Shown here: piece after piece, positions 53,262 to 63,404 of the stretch | Position numbering within the stretch: the stretch's first letter is position 1 | Layout of the letters: the number at the start of each line of letters is the position of its first letter | Assembly (NCBI GenBank): GCA_963848815.1 | Contig: CAWKFY010000019.1 | Coordinates: 13,286-77,285 of the forward strand | Direction of reading: 5' to 3' | DNA from: an uncultured Chloroflexia bacterium | Lineage (GTDB): Bacteria > Chloroflexota > Dehalococcoidia > GIF9 > UBA5629 | DNA: 64,000 nt | Made by a program: the position numbers and the translations under genes | The notes under the pieces: generated by a model | Databases searched by the model: none | Told to the model about the DNA's origin: nothing | The model's input: only the letters and a program-made list of their open reading frames with translations

Positions 53262-53831
53262 TTAACCGGGAAAAATCTTAAACGGCGACGGCAGCCAGAG
53301 GTAAATAAGAAGGAGCACCGCCATATAAACCAGCCAGCCCGGCAGGCAGGTGGCCGTTGCATTGCCTGAAGAGAAGTCAAGTGTTTGCCTTACGGCTATT
53401 ATGCCGGATGCCAGTGTCCAGATGCCGGCTATAAGGATGATAACCCAGCCCAGCAAGGGGATAAACGTTAGGACCCGTAGCACACCCGGAGAGTTGGCGA
53501 AGCCCAGTGTCCGGCCGAGTTCGGCCATGCTTACCTTTTCGGGGCCTTTGAGAAAGGTTGTGCCCAGGAAGTACGTTATCAGTACCCAGCCGAACCAGCC
53601 TGCGAGCGAGGCGAAAAAGCCGCTGATGAGCCCCCACAGCGGCCAAAGGAGGCCCGCTCCACCGATCAACCCGGCTATGGCCATGCCGATGCCCATAAGC
53701 AGGCTGGACAGGAGTGCGATCATTACCGCCTGCCCCAGCGCCTCATCGTCGGTCTCTATCTCTTCGTAGAGGCTCGAATCCATCCTGGATGCCCGGATCA
53801 TACGATTTAAAAGTTTTTTCCAGATTTCCAT
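53262..53831 (-). CDS. Yip1-domain membrane protein
   Basis: Soluble N-terminus followed by 5 TM helices. Confidence 0.6.
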   Translation of the reverse strand: MEIWKKLLNRMIRASRMDSSLYEEIETDDEALGQAVMIALLSSLLMGIGMAIAGLIGGAGLLWPLWGLISGFFASLAGWFGWVLITYFLGTTFLKGPEKVSMAELGRTLGFANSPGVLRVLTFIPLLGWVIILIAGIWTLASGIIAVRQTLDFSSGNATATCLPGWLVYMAVLLLIYLWLPSPFKIFPG

Positions 53832-53863
53832 TTACAACCTTTCCCAACGCATTATTATAGCAG

Positions 53864-54307
53864 TCAATGTGCGGGGATTCCCTTATCCGAAAGCAGGTCC
53901 CAGGACTTATCACATATCGCAGATACGATTTTGCAGTTGGATAGCGTTACTTGAGCGAGGTGGCTGGTGATCACATCGGCCAAAGCCTGGCCGGACCTGT
54001 CGCCGTGGCCGGGATGGGCCGTTTGAAAGCTGAACTGAGTGTTCCAGGTCTGGCCGTTGTCGGGTGAATCTATACTGACCTGCTTGACGCTTCCACTGAT
54101 CCCATCGTATTTGAAAGTGGAGCTGTTTTTAATCAGGTCAGCGGCGAGCGAAGCGGCCCTGTCCTGCGTACAGGCTGAGGTTTTAGCGGAGTGCCCGAAA
54201 AATGACGGCCCCCTGACCACCAGAACTACGATCCCGAATACGAGGCTGACGAGCATGAAGCTGGCTAATACCAGGATCATGGCGGTTTTCAGATATTTAC
54301 TTTCCAT
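53864..54307 (-). CDS. Membrane-anchored hypothetical protein
   Basis: Single N-terminal TM helix followed by a Ser/Thr-rich ectodomain. Confidence 0.45.
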   Translation of the reverse strand: MESKYLKTAMILVLASFMLVSLVFGIVVLVVRGPSFFGHSAKTSACTQDRAASLAADLIKNSSTFKYDGISGSVKQVSIDSPDNGQTWNTQFSFQTAHPGHGDRSGQALADVITSHLAQVTLSNCKIVSAICDKSWDLLSDKGIPAH

Positions 54308-54431
54308 AGGTAATTACCGCGCATATTATAGATTGTGACTAGCTGGCTCGCAATGGTAAAAAGCTTTTCAGGGCCGTTCCGCAGGTCTATAATAGCTTAA
54401 GAACCAAATAGGACCTAAATAGGAGGTGTGT

Positions 54432-54977
54432 ATGCTGGAATCGTTGGTGCGCAATTGGTGGCTGGTTTCACTGCGCGGCCTGGTAGCACTCATCCTCGGC
54501 GTCATCCTGCTGGTCATACCCCATGAGGTTGCCGCCGGGTTACTGGTGATTTTTATCGGTGCATATGCATTAGTGGACGGCTGTTTTGCATTGGTAGTAG
54601 GCATCGTCAACAAGCCTGCTCACAGGGACAGGTGGTTGCTGATAATCGAGGGCATCATAGGCATACTGGCAGGCATTATGATTTTCTCATCGCCGCTGCT
54701 GGCGGGAATAATCCTGCTTTTCGTGATTGCCTTCTGGGCCCTTTTGACAGGGTTATTCGAAATTGCATTTGCCGGGGCTCAGTGGAAGACCCTGCCGGAC
54801 AAATGGCTGTTATTGCTGGGCGGGATTTTCTCGGTGCTGCTGGGCATCCTGATATTCTCCAATATGGCCGTAGGAGCTGCGCTGATAATAGTGATGATCG
54901 CCGTATATATGGTGCTCTTCGGAGTGGCGCTGATAGCGCTGGGATTCTCGCTTAAGAACGCGACAGTGCAGCCATAG
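54432..54977 (+). CDS. HdeD/DUF308 family membrane protein
   Basis: Repeated GxxxG-rich TM helices. AGGAGG SD precedes the ATG at 54432. Confidence 0.7.
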   Translation: MLESLVRNWWLVSLRGLVALILGVILLVIPHEVAAGLLVIFIGAYALVDGCFALVVGIVNKPAHRDRWLLIIEGIIGILAGIMIFSSPLLAGIILLFVIAFWALLTGLFEIAFAGAQWKTLPDKWLLLLGGIFSVLLGILIFSNMAVGAALIIVMIAVYMVLFGVALIALGFSLKNATVQP

Positions 54978-55011
54978 GCTGCGAGTACCAGTAAGGTTGA
55001 AAAATTGATAG

Positions 55012-55100
55012 ATGGCGGAGGGGGCGGGATTCGAACCCGCGTTAGCACGAAGCTAAAACGGTTTTCAAGACCGTCACCATCGGCCGCTCGGTCACCCCTC
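55012..55100 (-). tRNA. tRNA-Ser (anticodon UGA)
   Basis: Reverse complement gives GGAGGGGTGACCGAGCGGCCGATGGTGACGGTCTTGAAAACCGT...GGTTCGAATCCCGCCCCCTCCGCCA. It has a 7-bp acceptor stem, anticodon loop CTTGAAA, a long variable arm, discriminator G and an encoded CCA. It closely resembles E. coli tRNA-Ser(UGA). Confidence 0.85.
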
Positions 55101-55152
55101 CATGCTGTTTTGGGTAGTTAAAAATCAGGCGCTCGATGCGCCCGGGAAATGC

Positions 55153-55671
55153 TCATGCTTTTGCGGCGTCCCTTTCCTGTTGCTCCAATATTAATTCAAC
55201 GGCGAGGCTTGCCACCTCGCCGGCCAGCGAAGAGCATCTATCAGGTACGCCGGCCTTGACTGCCTCACCCAATTCGGAGGCCTCCATCAAATTAAAAAAC
55301 CGGCCGAAAAATTGGGTCTGGAGCTCCTTGCAGCGGCATGTACCGTATTTATCCATGAACTTCTGTTTAAGCTGACGGCACAGAAGAAGTGATTTCATCA
55401 TCTTGCCGCGGCGGTGAAACTCCTCTTTTTTACGCCCGAATAAATAGCTTATGGCCATCACAGCACCCGAAAGTGCTCCACAATGGCCTTCGCCCGACAG
55501 CCCGATACCGTCGGCGAAGCCTGTCGCAGCACGAAAAACATCGTTGTTTTCCGCGTCAAGTGATTCCGTTACGGCTGCAAATACGCTCTGGGCGCAGTTT
55601 CCATTCTCCATCTCATACTTTTTTGCCAGTGCGAATGCCGCGGCTGCTGCTTCCTGCGGTGATTTATTCAT
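55153..55671 (-). CDS. C_GCAxxG_C_C family protein (putative redox-active)
   Basis: NCAQSV and GHCGALSG motifs. AGAGGT SD before the ATG at 55671. Confidence 0.75.
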   Translation of the reverse strand: MNKSPQEAAAAAFALAKKYEMENGNCAQSVFAAVTESLDAENNDVFRAATGFADGIGLSGEGHCGALSGAVMAISYLFGRKKEEFHRRGKMMKSLLLCRQLKQKFMDKYGTCRCKELQTQFFGRFFNLMEASELGEAVKAGVPDRCSSLAGEVASLAVELILEQQERDAAKA

Positions 55672-55841
55672 CTTACCTCTCATGCCTCAGTTCCTCTAGG
55701 GATGAGGCAATTTTATACTTCTTATATTCTGCAATAGGATATTATCATTGCATACCACTGTCAATTCTGCCAACATGCGGGATTTATTGTCGGGTGATGT
55801 GATAATATGGTTGAAATGTGAAGACAGGAGGTTAGTTTGAC

Positions 55842-56891
55842 ATGCCTCAACTTCAGTTCGACAAGGACAAATGTGCCAGATGCAAGACCGTTTCGTGCTT
55901 GACTAAATGCCAGTACATCCATCTAGATGCTGCCGCCGCCAAAAAGGAATGGCGCAAGATCATAAATGGAGAGGATTCCATGATTCTGGAGGCCTGCACC
56001 ACGTGCTATTCCTGCGAGGAATACTGTCCACACGGGAACCACCCTTTCTACATGATTGTGGACAGGCAGGAAGAGCACGGCATATTGCCCTCTCCCAGGC
56101 CGATAATTACCATGTGGATTAATCAATGTGAGCCGGTCGGCAAGTTCATGGTTGGAGCGCTACAGGAACGTGCGCTATCCTACTGTTTTCTGCCTCATTT
56201 CAATGCGCTGGCCCACGGCAAACTATTCGAGGGTTTGGAATGGTCGGTAATTTTCGGTCAGGAATTTTTCTGCAATGCTGTGTATCTGCACTATGCCAGG
56301 ACCTCGCTCATACAGAAAAGGCTGGCTGAAGTACTGGCGAATATTAAAAAGCAGGGCATAAAGGAGTTGATCTGCCTTCATGACGAGTGTTATGCCACCT
56401 ATGCCTCGCTTGCGCCCGCCTATGGAATCGATATTCCTTTCAAGCCGGTACACTATTTTGAATACCTCCTGGAACGTTTGGCCAAATTGAAAGGCCAGAT
56501 AAAGCCTTTAAAGATGAAGGTGGCTTATCAGAGGAACTGTTCAACAAGGTTGATTCCGCAGGTAGACCATATGGTGGACGATATATTCGGTATGATCGGG
56601 GTGGAGAGGCTGAACAGAAAATATGACAGACAAAATGCCATGTGCTGCGCAGAGATTTTCCGCATGGCCAAAGGACCGGTGCTGGCCGACGAAGTTCAGC
56701 AGAAGAATCTTGATGATATGCGGGACTGCGGGGCCGAGTACGTGGTTTTCAACTGCCCTGCCTGCTGGGACACACTGGCAACGAAGGTGGTTGAACGGGG
56801 CCTTAAACCTATACATATGATCGATCTATGCAAGCTGGCAATAGGCGAGCAGCAGAGCTTAAAGCTTTCCAGTACGGAAGCTGAGGAGTAA
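55842..56891 (+). CDS. GlcF-like (Fe-S) oxidoreductase: ferredoxin-type N-terminus plus CCG domains
   Basis: CARCKTVSCLTKC / CTTCYSCEEYCP and CCAEIFRM / NCPACW. Confidence 0.8.
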   Translation: MPQLQFDKDKCARCKTVSCLTKCQYIHLDAAAAKKEWRKIINGEDSMILEACTTCYSCEEYCPHGNHPFYMIVDRQEEHGILPSPRPIITMWINQCEPVGKFMVGALQERALSYCFLPHFNALAHGKLFEGLEWSVIFGQEFFCNAVYLHYARTSLIQKRLAEVLANIKKQGIKELICLHDECYATYASLAPAYGIDIPFKPVHYFEYLLERLAKLKGQIKPLKMKVAYQRNCSTRLIPQVDHMVDDIFGMIGVERLNRKYDRQNAMCCAEIFRMAKGPVLADEVQQKNLDDMRDCGAEYVVFNCPACWDTLATKVVERGLKPIHMIDLCKLAIGEQQSLKLSSTEAEE

Positions 56892-56897
56892 TTGCGA

Positions 56898-58283
56898 ATG
56901 AACGATGTATATGTTGAGCTAACCAAAATCCTGGATGAAGACTACGTCTCGAATACACCGGAAGAGAAATACCTGTATGGACGCGACCCGGGTTTGATGC
57001 CTCCGCATGAGCCGGACTATATCGTCATGCCTTCCACCGCCGAAGAAGTCCAGGCCATCGTAAAACTGGCCAACAGCCAGAAAATAGCTATCGTACCGAA
57101 GGGCGGTGGGCTCTCGCTGACCGGGCTTGTCATCCCGCAGCGGGGTGGGATTCTCATGGATATGAAAAGAATGGACAAAATCATCGAGGTCAATGAAAAA
57201 GGCGGTTACGCGGTATTAGAAGGCGGGGTAAATCACGGGAAGCTAAAGAGCTACCTGCTAAAGAACTATCCGCATCTTCGTCACAGCATCCCCGATTCCC
57301 CGCCTATAACAACGGTGGTGGGCAATGCCGTTATACATGGACAGGGGCGGCTGACACAACAGCGAGGATTTAATTCTGATATGGTATGCGGTCTTGAGGT
57401 AGTTTTAGCTACCGGGGAGATATGCAAAATCGGATCGTGTTCCGTCACGAACTACTGGTTTTCCAAGGGGCCTCCGCTGCCGGACTTGAGCAGCCTTTTC
57501 TTTGGCTGGTTTGGAACAACCGGCATTATCACCAAGATCGCTCTGAAGCTTTATCCCGCCAAGAAGATACGGGATGTCATGCTGTTCATTACGGATAGAG
57601 CAGAGTTGGTACCGGAGATAATGTCCAAACTTGGACGCACAGAAATGATCGAAGACCTGGTTGTCACTGCGCAGCCTATACCCCTCAGGTACCGGGGCAA
57701 CTACTATATTTTGTTCTATATTACCGGCGATACTGAGGAGGAGATCGAGTTCAAAAAGAAGATGGCGTGGAATACTCTCTGGCCTTATTTCGAGAGCAGG
57801 GACGGGGGTTTTGTCAGCCTTATGCCAGCTATGAAGGCGCCCATGCTGGCTATGCCTTCCAAGGATACAACCAAGTTTGCCGATGTGAGCAAGGGAGGCG
57901 GGTTTGAATACAGCGGGCCCATTGCCCCTATAGAGAAATACCCCATATATGTGAAAAAGCTGGCTGAACTGGCGGAAAAATATGGCCTGTTCTATTCAGC
58001 AGCCACCCGCATGATAGACGGTGGTCACAGCATGATGTTTTCATTTTCCTATACATTTAACAGGGCTGAGCCTGAGACTATGAAAAAGGCCAAGGCAGCG
58101 CTGGACGAGGCGGCCGAATTCGCCCTGGACAACGGCGGCGTTATGTGGAAACCCAATCTGAGTGAGCAAAAAATGACCATGGCAAGGATGGACCCCAATA
58201 CGCTGGAATTAATGATGAAAATCAAGCACCTGCTCGACCCGAATGGCATCTTAAACCCCGGCAACTGGGAGGTGGCAAAATGA
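56898..58283 (+). CDS. FAD-linked oxidase (GlcD / D-lactate dehydrogenase-like, PCMH-type FAD-binding domain)
   Basis: GAGGAG SD precedes the ATG. FAD-binding N-terminal domain (IVPKGGGLSLTG). Confidence 0.85.
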   Translation: MNDVYVELTKILDEDYVSNTPEEKYLYGRDPGLMPPHEPDYIVMPSTAEEVQAIVKLANSQKIAIVPKGGGLSLTGLVIPQRGGILMDMKRMDKIIEVNEKGGYAVLEGGVNHGKLKSYLLKNYPHLRHSIPDSPPITTVVGNAVIHGQGRLTQQRGFNSDMVCGLEVVLATGEICKIGSCSVTNYWFSKGPPLPDLSSLFFGWFGTTGIITKIALKLYPAKKIRDVMLFITDRAELVPEIMSKLGRTEMIEDLVVTAQPIPLRYRGNYYILFYITGDTEEEIEFKKKMAWNTLWPYFESRDGGFVSLMPAMKAPMLAMPSKDTTKFADVSKGGGFEYSGPIAPIEKYPIYVKKLAELAEKYGLFYSAATRMIDGGHSMMFSFSYTFNRAEPETMKKAKAALDEAAEFALDNGGVMWKPNLSEQKMTMARMDPNTLELMMKIKHLLDPNGILNPGNWEVAK

Positions 58284-59431
58284 AGAACTATCAAACCCAG
58301 ATTCACAGATGTTTCCGTTGCGGCTACTGCAAGTTTCCCACCGACTATTCGGCCTTCAATTGCCCCTCCTATAATCGCTTCAGATTCGACACATATTCTA
58401 CCGGTGGCAGGCTGTGGTTATCCTACGCGTGGCTTAAAGGAGAGATCCCCTGGTCGGAACACCTTGCTGAGATACTATATGCCTGCACTACGTGCAACAA
58501 CTGTGTAGAACAGTGCCCGATGAAATTCGCTCCCGATATCGTTGACTGGATCATAGGGGCCAGGAGCGACATGGTTGAGCAGGGCAAGCTGCCCGCCAGA
58601 GTCAAGCGGTTTTTCGAATCGGTCTACAATTACGGCAACCCGTTTAAAAATCTCAGGGAGGAGCGGGGCGCGTGGGCGAAGGACATTAAAATCTATGAAA
58701 AGGGCGACGATTTCCTGCTCTACGTAGGCTGTCTCGGCTCTTACGATGAAAATGGGCAGGCAATGGCCCGCAACCTGGCCGGGCTGATGAAAAAGGCGGG
58801 CCTGTCATTTGGCATACTGGGCAACGAGGAGGAATGCTGCGGCAACGAAGTTTATTCGTTGGGAGAGATGGACTTATTCAAAGCCCTGGCTGAGAAAAAT
58901 ATAGAGAAATTCAGGGACTTACAGGTGAAGAAGGTGGTAACATTGTGCCCTCACGGCTATAACATAATGAAGAACCAATATCAGCAGATGGGCTACAACT
59001 TTGAAGTCTATCATTACACGCAGATGATAGACAGCTTGATAATGGATAAAAGGTTGAAGCCTGCGCATAAGGACTCAGTAGTCACTTTCCATGATCCGTG
59101 CTATCTTGGCAGGCATAATAAACTCTACGACGCTTCTCGTAAAATACTGCAAAGCGTGCCGGGAACAAAGGTAGTTGAGATGGATAGAAACCGGGCCAAT
59201 TCATTTTGCTGCGGGGGCGGTGGTGGTAACTTCGTCACAGATTTCCTGGCAGGAGGAAAGGAGAGCCCGGCCAGGGTCCGCGTCAGGGAAGCCGCGGATA
59301 CAGGAGCGGACGTGCTGGCCGTAGCATGCCCCGGATGCATGGTGATGTTGAATGACGCTTTAAAAGCTGAAGACCTCGAAGGGAAAATGCAGCTCAAGGA
59401 CATCTCTATGATCCTCTCGGAACTGCTGTAA
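58280..59431 (+). CDS. GlcF-like (Fe-S) oxidoreductase with two 4Fe-4S motifs and two CCG domains
   Basis: CFRCGYCKF / CTTCNNCVEQCP, CCGNEVY, CCGGGGGNF and CPGC. Its start overlaps the upstream stop by 4 nt. Confidence 0.85.
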   Translation: MKNYQTQIHRCFRCGYCKFPTDYSAFNCPSYNRFRFDTYSTGGRLWLSYAWLKGEIPWSEHLAEILYACTTCNNCVEQCPMKFAPDIVDWIIGARSDMVEQGKLPARVKRFFESVYNYGNPFKNLREERGAWAKDIKIYEKGDDFLLYVGCLGSYDENGQAMARNLAGLMKKAGLSFGILGNEEECCGNEVYSLGEMDLFKALAEKNIEKFRDLQVKKVVTLCPHGYNIMKNQYQQMGYNFEVYHYTQMIDSLIMDKRLKPAHKDSVVTFHDPCYLGRHNKLYDASRKILQSVPGTKVVEMDRNRANSFCCGGGGGNFVTDFLAGGKESPARVRVREAADTGADVLAVACPGCMVMLNDALKAEDLEGKMQLKDISMILSELL

Positions 59432-59452
59432 ATTTACCGGGTACAGGCCAAC

Positions 59453-61696
59453 CTAGTAAGAGTTCAGCATGGTCTCTATTTCACTGAGGCCACCGAATTC
59501 GCCGTCCTGTATCTTCTTGATCGTCCCTCCTTCATCGAGGAAGAACGTCCGCGGTATGGTATTGATGTTGTAGAGCTCCCCAACCTGGCCGGTATCGTCA
59601 ATGGGCACCGTGAGTGTCAATGAGTTCTGGCTGATATAGCCCCCTATCTGCGGACCGGTAGGTGATCCAAGTATGTTCGAATGAACACAGATGATGGGCA
59701 GGTTGGGGTGGTTTACATGCATCTGCTGAAGGGCCGGCATCTCCTCCCTGCAGGGCCCGCAGTTGATCGACCAGAAGTTAAGAATTACCTTGCTTCCGCG
59801 AAAGCTGGCAAGGTTGAGGTTAGTGCCGTCGGTAGTCACCAGGGTGAAATCAGGAGCGAGCTGGCCGATTTGCGTCCCGGAGGCTGCCGGCGTTGTGAAA
59901 GTGGTGTCCACCGAGGAGGCCTCGTTGCCTGAGGAATCCCTGGACGTGACCTTGAAGTGGATGGTGGCCGTCAGAGGCAGCATATTCAGGGTTACGCTGT
60001 GGTCCGTGACCAGGGTTGTATCGGTCTGCGCCGGCTGTACCGTGCCGTAAGTGGCAGATGTGCCGTAGGCGACCTGGCTGGTGGACGGCTTGTCGGTCGT
60101 CCACTCGACAGTGGCGGTGGCGGCGGTTGAGCTGCTGACCAGGTTCATCACGGTTGGACCAGTGATCTTGGGCGGGGTCTTATCGACGATGGCGGTAGTC
60201 TGAAGGTCATTAGTCGCTTCCTGGCTGCCCTGGGCCGCATTGATATCTGAACTTAGCCCCGATAGTACCGTAATATGATACGATTTGCCGGGCTGCAGGT
60301 CGGACAGCTTCACGCTGTGATCGGTTACCAGTGCGTCATCCCTGGCGGTCTGGCAGTCCGTGCCGCCTTCGAGGCAATAAACTACACGGCTATTGGAACG
60401 CACGTCCGTTTTCCAGTTCACCGTGGCGCTGCTCTCAGTGATATCGCTGTATTGGATGGCCGAGATGACCGGGTTTGCTGCGGTAGCTACCGTGGTGTTG
60501 GTGGATGTCGTCGCATGGGGAGCTACGACCTGCTGGGGTGTTTGAAGCTGGTCCATGACCAGTACCACGACGATTATCACCACGCCGACCATGGCCAGGA
60601 GGGCAAGCAGGATAGGCATGGGAGATTTCTTTTGCCGGTGCGCCCTCTCGGGACGCTGTCTTGGCTCTTTTTGCGGCTTCTCCCTGGCCTTCTTGCGTTC
60701 AGGGCGAGGCCTTTCCATCACTTCGGGGAAGGGGGCCGGCTGGGCCATTTCAAAAGGCTGCACGGCAGGCCGCCCATAATACTGCTCAGCGGGCTGCGAA
60801 TAAGCATTGGGCTGGGGCATGGGCTGTGACACAGTGGATACCCTGCTCTTATAATATTCTTCCGCCTTGAGCATGGGGTTACTTCTCTGGTAGGGTATGC
60901 GGTTGTTGCCGCAATTAGGGCAGATCTTGCTGCGGTCGGGGACCGGGGCGCCGCAACTGGGACAGGTACGAAGATCGCCGCCTTCAGGCGGGGCAACGAA
61001 CTCCTGCTGCGGGGCGACAAACTCCTGCTGCGGGGCGACAAACTCCTGCTGCGGGGCCTGGCTCATTTGAGGGTAAATCTGCTCGGGTGGAGTATGGCGG
61101 ACCGGCACATCCCTCGTCGGTGCATTCGAGCCGCGTTCCATCATACGTCTGTAAACTTCGCCTTCAAACTTCTTATCTTTCGTCGGTGTAAAGCCTTCGG
61201 TAAGCTTTGCCCCGCCTCCGAACTTTCCATGGATCGGGCACAAGCTGGAACCCGGCGGGATCGGCGTGCCGCATTTCTGACAGACTTTCTGTTGAGTAGG
61301 CGCTTCAGGTTCCGTCCGCGAATATGCGGAAACGGGTTCGCCGTGCGCCGGCTTCATAACACCGTAGCCCTGCTGAGGGGTCTGGGTAACCAGGTCGCCC
61401 AACCTGCCACAATAAGGGCATTTCTTCATGCCGGGATCTATCTTCGAGCCGCAATTGGAGCAGTAGGTCTGATTTACGGCTGTGCTGCTTTGTGCGCTGG
61501 GTGGAATATATGTGGTAGCGGCAAATTTGCCCGGCTTGAAGCCCAGGTCTTTCTTGCCGCAATGAGGACAGATGCTGGCGCTGGGTGACTCGATTACCAG
61601 GTGGCAACTGGGACAGAATCTGGCGCCGCATTTCTGACAGGTGGTGGCGTTAGACTCGTTGATATCATGACATCTCTGACAGATTATACTGGGCAT
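59453..61696 (-). CDS. Multidomain membrane protein: cytoplasmic tandem zinc ribbons, Pro/Gln-rich repeats, a TM helix, 2x fibronectin-III-like domains and a TlpA-like thioredoxin (CGPC) domain
   Basis: Repeated CxxC-x10-20-CxxC zinc ribbons, the hydrophobic segment MPILLALLAMVGVVIIVVVLV, FN3-like repeats (ATVNWKTD..., ATVEWTTD...) and a C-terminal WSINCGPC redoxin motif. Confidence 0.75.
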   Translation of the reverse strand: MPSIICQRCHDINESNATTCQKCGARFCPSCHLVIESPSASICPHCGKKDLGFKPGKFAATTYIPPSAQSSTAVNQTYCSNCGSKIDPGMKKCPYCGRLGDLVTQTPQQGYGVMKPAHGEPVSAYSRTEPEAPTQQKVCQKCGTPIPPGSSLCPIHGKFGGGAKLTEGFTPTKDKKFEGEVYRRMMERGSNAPTRDVPVRHTPPEQIYPQMSQAPQQEFVAPQQEFVAPQQEFVAPPEGGDLRTCPSCGAPVPDRSKICPNCGNNRIPYQRSNPMLKAEEYYKSRVSTVSQPMPQPNAYSQPAEQYYGRPAVQPFEMAQPAPFPEVMERPRPERKKAREKPQKEPRQRPERAHRQKKSPMPILLALLAMVGVVIIVVVLVMDQLQTPQQVVAPHATTSTNTTVATAANPVISAIQYSDITESSATVNWKTDVRSNSRVVYCLEGGTDCQTARDDALVTDHSVKLSDLQPGKSYHITVLSGLSSDINAAQGSQEATNDLQTTAIVDKTPPKITGPTVMNLVSSSTAATATVEWTTDKPSTSQVAYGTSATYGTVQPAQTDTTLVTDHSVTLNMLPLTATIHFKVTSRDSSGNEASSVDTTFTTPAASGTQIGQLAPDFTLVTTDGTNLNLASFRGSKVILNFWSINCGPCREEMPALQQMHVNHPNLPIICVHSNILGSPTGPQIGGYISQNSLTLTVPIDDTGQVGELYNINTIPRTFFLDEGGTIKKIQDGEFGGLSEIETMLNSY
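60995..61057. repeat. 3 tandem copies of a 21-bp in-frame repeat (GACAAACTCCTGCTGCGGGGC), encoding (VAPQQEF)3
   Basis: Read directly from the sequence; the first copy is imperfect. Confidence 0.7.
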
Positions 61697-61859
61697 TAAT
61701 TATTCCATGGGTGATAACGTAAAATTTAATATTAAAGTTAAGACAGAATATTACATATGTCAAGTCTGAAGAGACGCTCACGCATTGAAGACGGCTGTTT
61801 TAAAAGAACATTGCAGTATAGCACAACTCAGTAAAGTGGGGAATCAATAAGAGTCGAGC

Positions 61860-63404
61860 GTTACTGTGACTGATTTGTCGGTCTTGAGTTAGAGAGGCCT
61901 TGTAAAACATTATATCGCTATCCTGGTTAGAGATTTCAATATTTCAACCCAAGGACGGGCTGCATGTGGGCCAGATATCGCTGGCATTCCAACATTGAAA
62001 TAACTCGTGTAATCATATTTTATTGTACGATCGAGCACTCTCCTTACTTGTTTTTCCGGCATTTTTATAGATGTAGTTTCAGCGATGCGGAAGCACAGGC
62101 GATCCGCCAGAGTCCCTTCACGTATACTGATTCTCAGCCAGAGCATCCGGCGTATTCCCTGGCGCGACCAACTCATGCCCTGGTTCTTCATCCTTCGTAC
62201 GATCAACTTGTCAATATTTCCCTCGATAGCCCCTGTTCTTCGTAAGGTAATTCCCTGTTGTCCCATGCTTTCCCGATAATCCTGCAATCCGGAGGCATTG
62301 GAACTGATATATTTGATCACCTGCCTGATGTCTTTGGCCTTATCGTCTGGCGCCCGGTCTACCGCTTCTTTGAGCTGCTTAAGAGCGGCATCATGTTGGC
62401 CACAACTGCAATGATATTGAACCGACCGTAAGATAGCTCGATCATGCTTCAGTGCATGACAAAGAGCATGGTTGAGGTGATATCGGCATAGCTGATATTG
62501 GCCTCCGAAATAATCAACACCTTCTTTGATCCATGTTGCGCCGTCTCCACCGATGACGTATTGCGTCCCACCAAGATCGTATTTCTGGTGCAGTTTTAAG
62601 GCCATTCCTGTCCAGAATCGATCAGTGCTTAATATGTCTGCATAAAGGGTCTTATTGACCGTGCTGTAACGGTCTTTGCCTACTTTCCGCCAGCTCTCAT
62701 AGGCAATGCCCAGCTTTACCTCAGCCCTACGTGCCGTTTCCCTTTGCAAGGGTAGCACAACGCCGTCCGCCTCGATAATCAGACAGCTCGCCTTCCTGCC
62801 TTCAGTCTGTTTCAACTCGCCAGTATCTTCAAACCAAGCCGCACTACGATCTGCATCATCTTGACTGTCGGCAATAGCCAATTGGACTAACCTGTGAATG
62901 GTTCTATAAGAAAGGCCGATAGAAGTGGTTCTGTTTAGTACCTCAGCGCTTCTGCGGAAAGGCATCTCGGCCGCCAACCCGCATGCCAGCTCTTTCACAG
63001 CCAAGGTGGTGTGACGGTATTTGCCCATACCCATCAATTCATCCAGCGGATATTGATATTTCCCGTCTCGCCCTCGATATTGTCTCCTGGTAACCATGAT
63101 CGGTCCAAGCCTGGTCCGATACCAGGTGCTTCGCTTATGAGCGACTACTAAATCAGCAGGCCTATGCTGTTGTATCAGCGAGTCGATCTGCTCAAGTACG
63201 TTTCCAAATGCCTTACGTGCGCATTCAACTGCTTTGTCGAATAAATCCTTCTCCATTGAGACTACGATCTGTTTGAGTTCCTCAGCGTTTTTGGTTAGAC
63301 TGGTTTTCAAGAGATATCTCCTTTATAAATTTATTGGTGGTAGATTTATTTTGTGAGGTCTCTCTTGCTTTTTGCAACCTGACCGACAAAACTGTCACTG
63401 TATC
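61860..63404 (-). mobile_element. ISLre2-family insertion sequence (1545 bp) with 24-bp imperfect terminal inverted repeats (20/24 match) and 9-bp target-site duplication GAGTCGAGC
   Basis: IRL 61860..61883 GTTACTGTGACTGATTTGTCGGTC. IRR 63381..63404 is its reverse complement with 4 mismatches. Direct repeat GAGTCGAGC at 61851..61859 and 63405..63413. Confidence 0.8.
61910..63310 (-). CDS. ISLre2-family (UPF0236) transposase
   Basis: 466 aa; GGDGATWIK...LCRYHLNHAL matches the family GDGAxWI / FHL signature. Confidence 0.85.
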   Translation of the reverse strand: MKTSLTKNAEELKQIVVSMEKDLFDKAVECARKAFGNVLEQIDSLIQQHRPADLVVAHKRSTWYRTRLGPIMVTRRQYRGRDGKYQYPLDELMGMGKYRHTTLAVKELACGLAAEMPFRRSAEVLNRTTSIGLSYRTIHRLVQLAIADSQDDADRSAAWFEDTGELKQTEGRKASCLIIEADGVVLPLQRETARRAEVKLGIAYESWRKVGKDRYSTVNKTLYADILSTDRFWTGMALKLHQKYDLGGTQYVIGGDGATWIKEGVDYFGGQYQLCRYHLNHALCHALKHDRAILRSVQYHCSCGQHDAALKQLKEAVDRAPDDKAKDIRQVIKYISSNASGLQDYRESMGQQGITLRRTGAIEGNIDKLIVRRMKNQGMSWSRQGIRRMLWLRISIREGTLADRLCFRIAETTSIKMPEKQVRRVLDRTIKYDYTSYFNVGMPAISGPHAARPWVEILKSLTRIAI

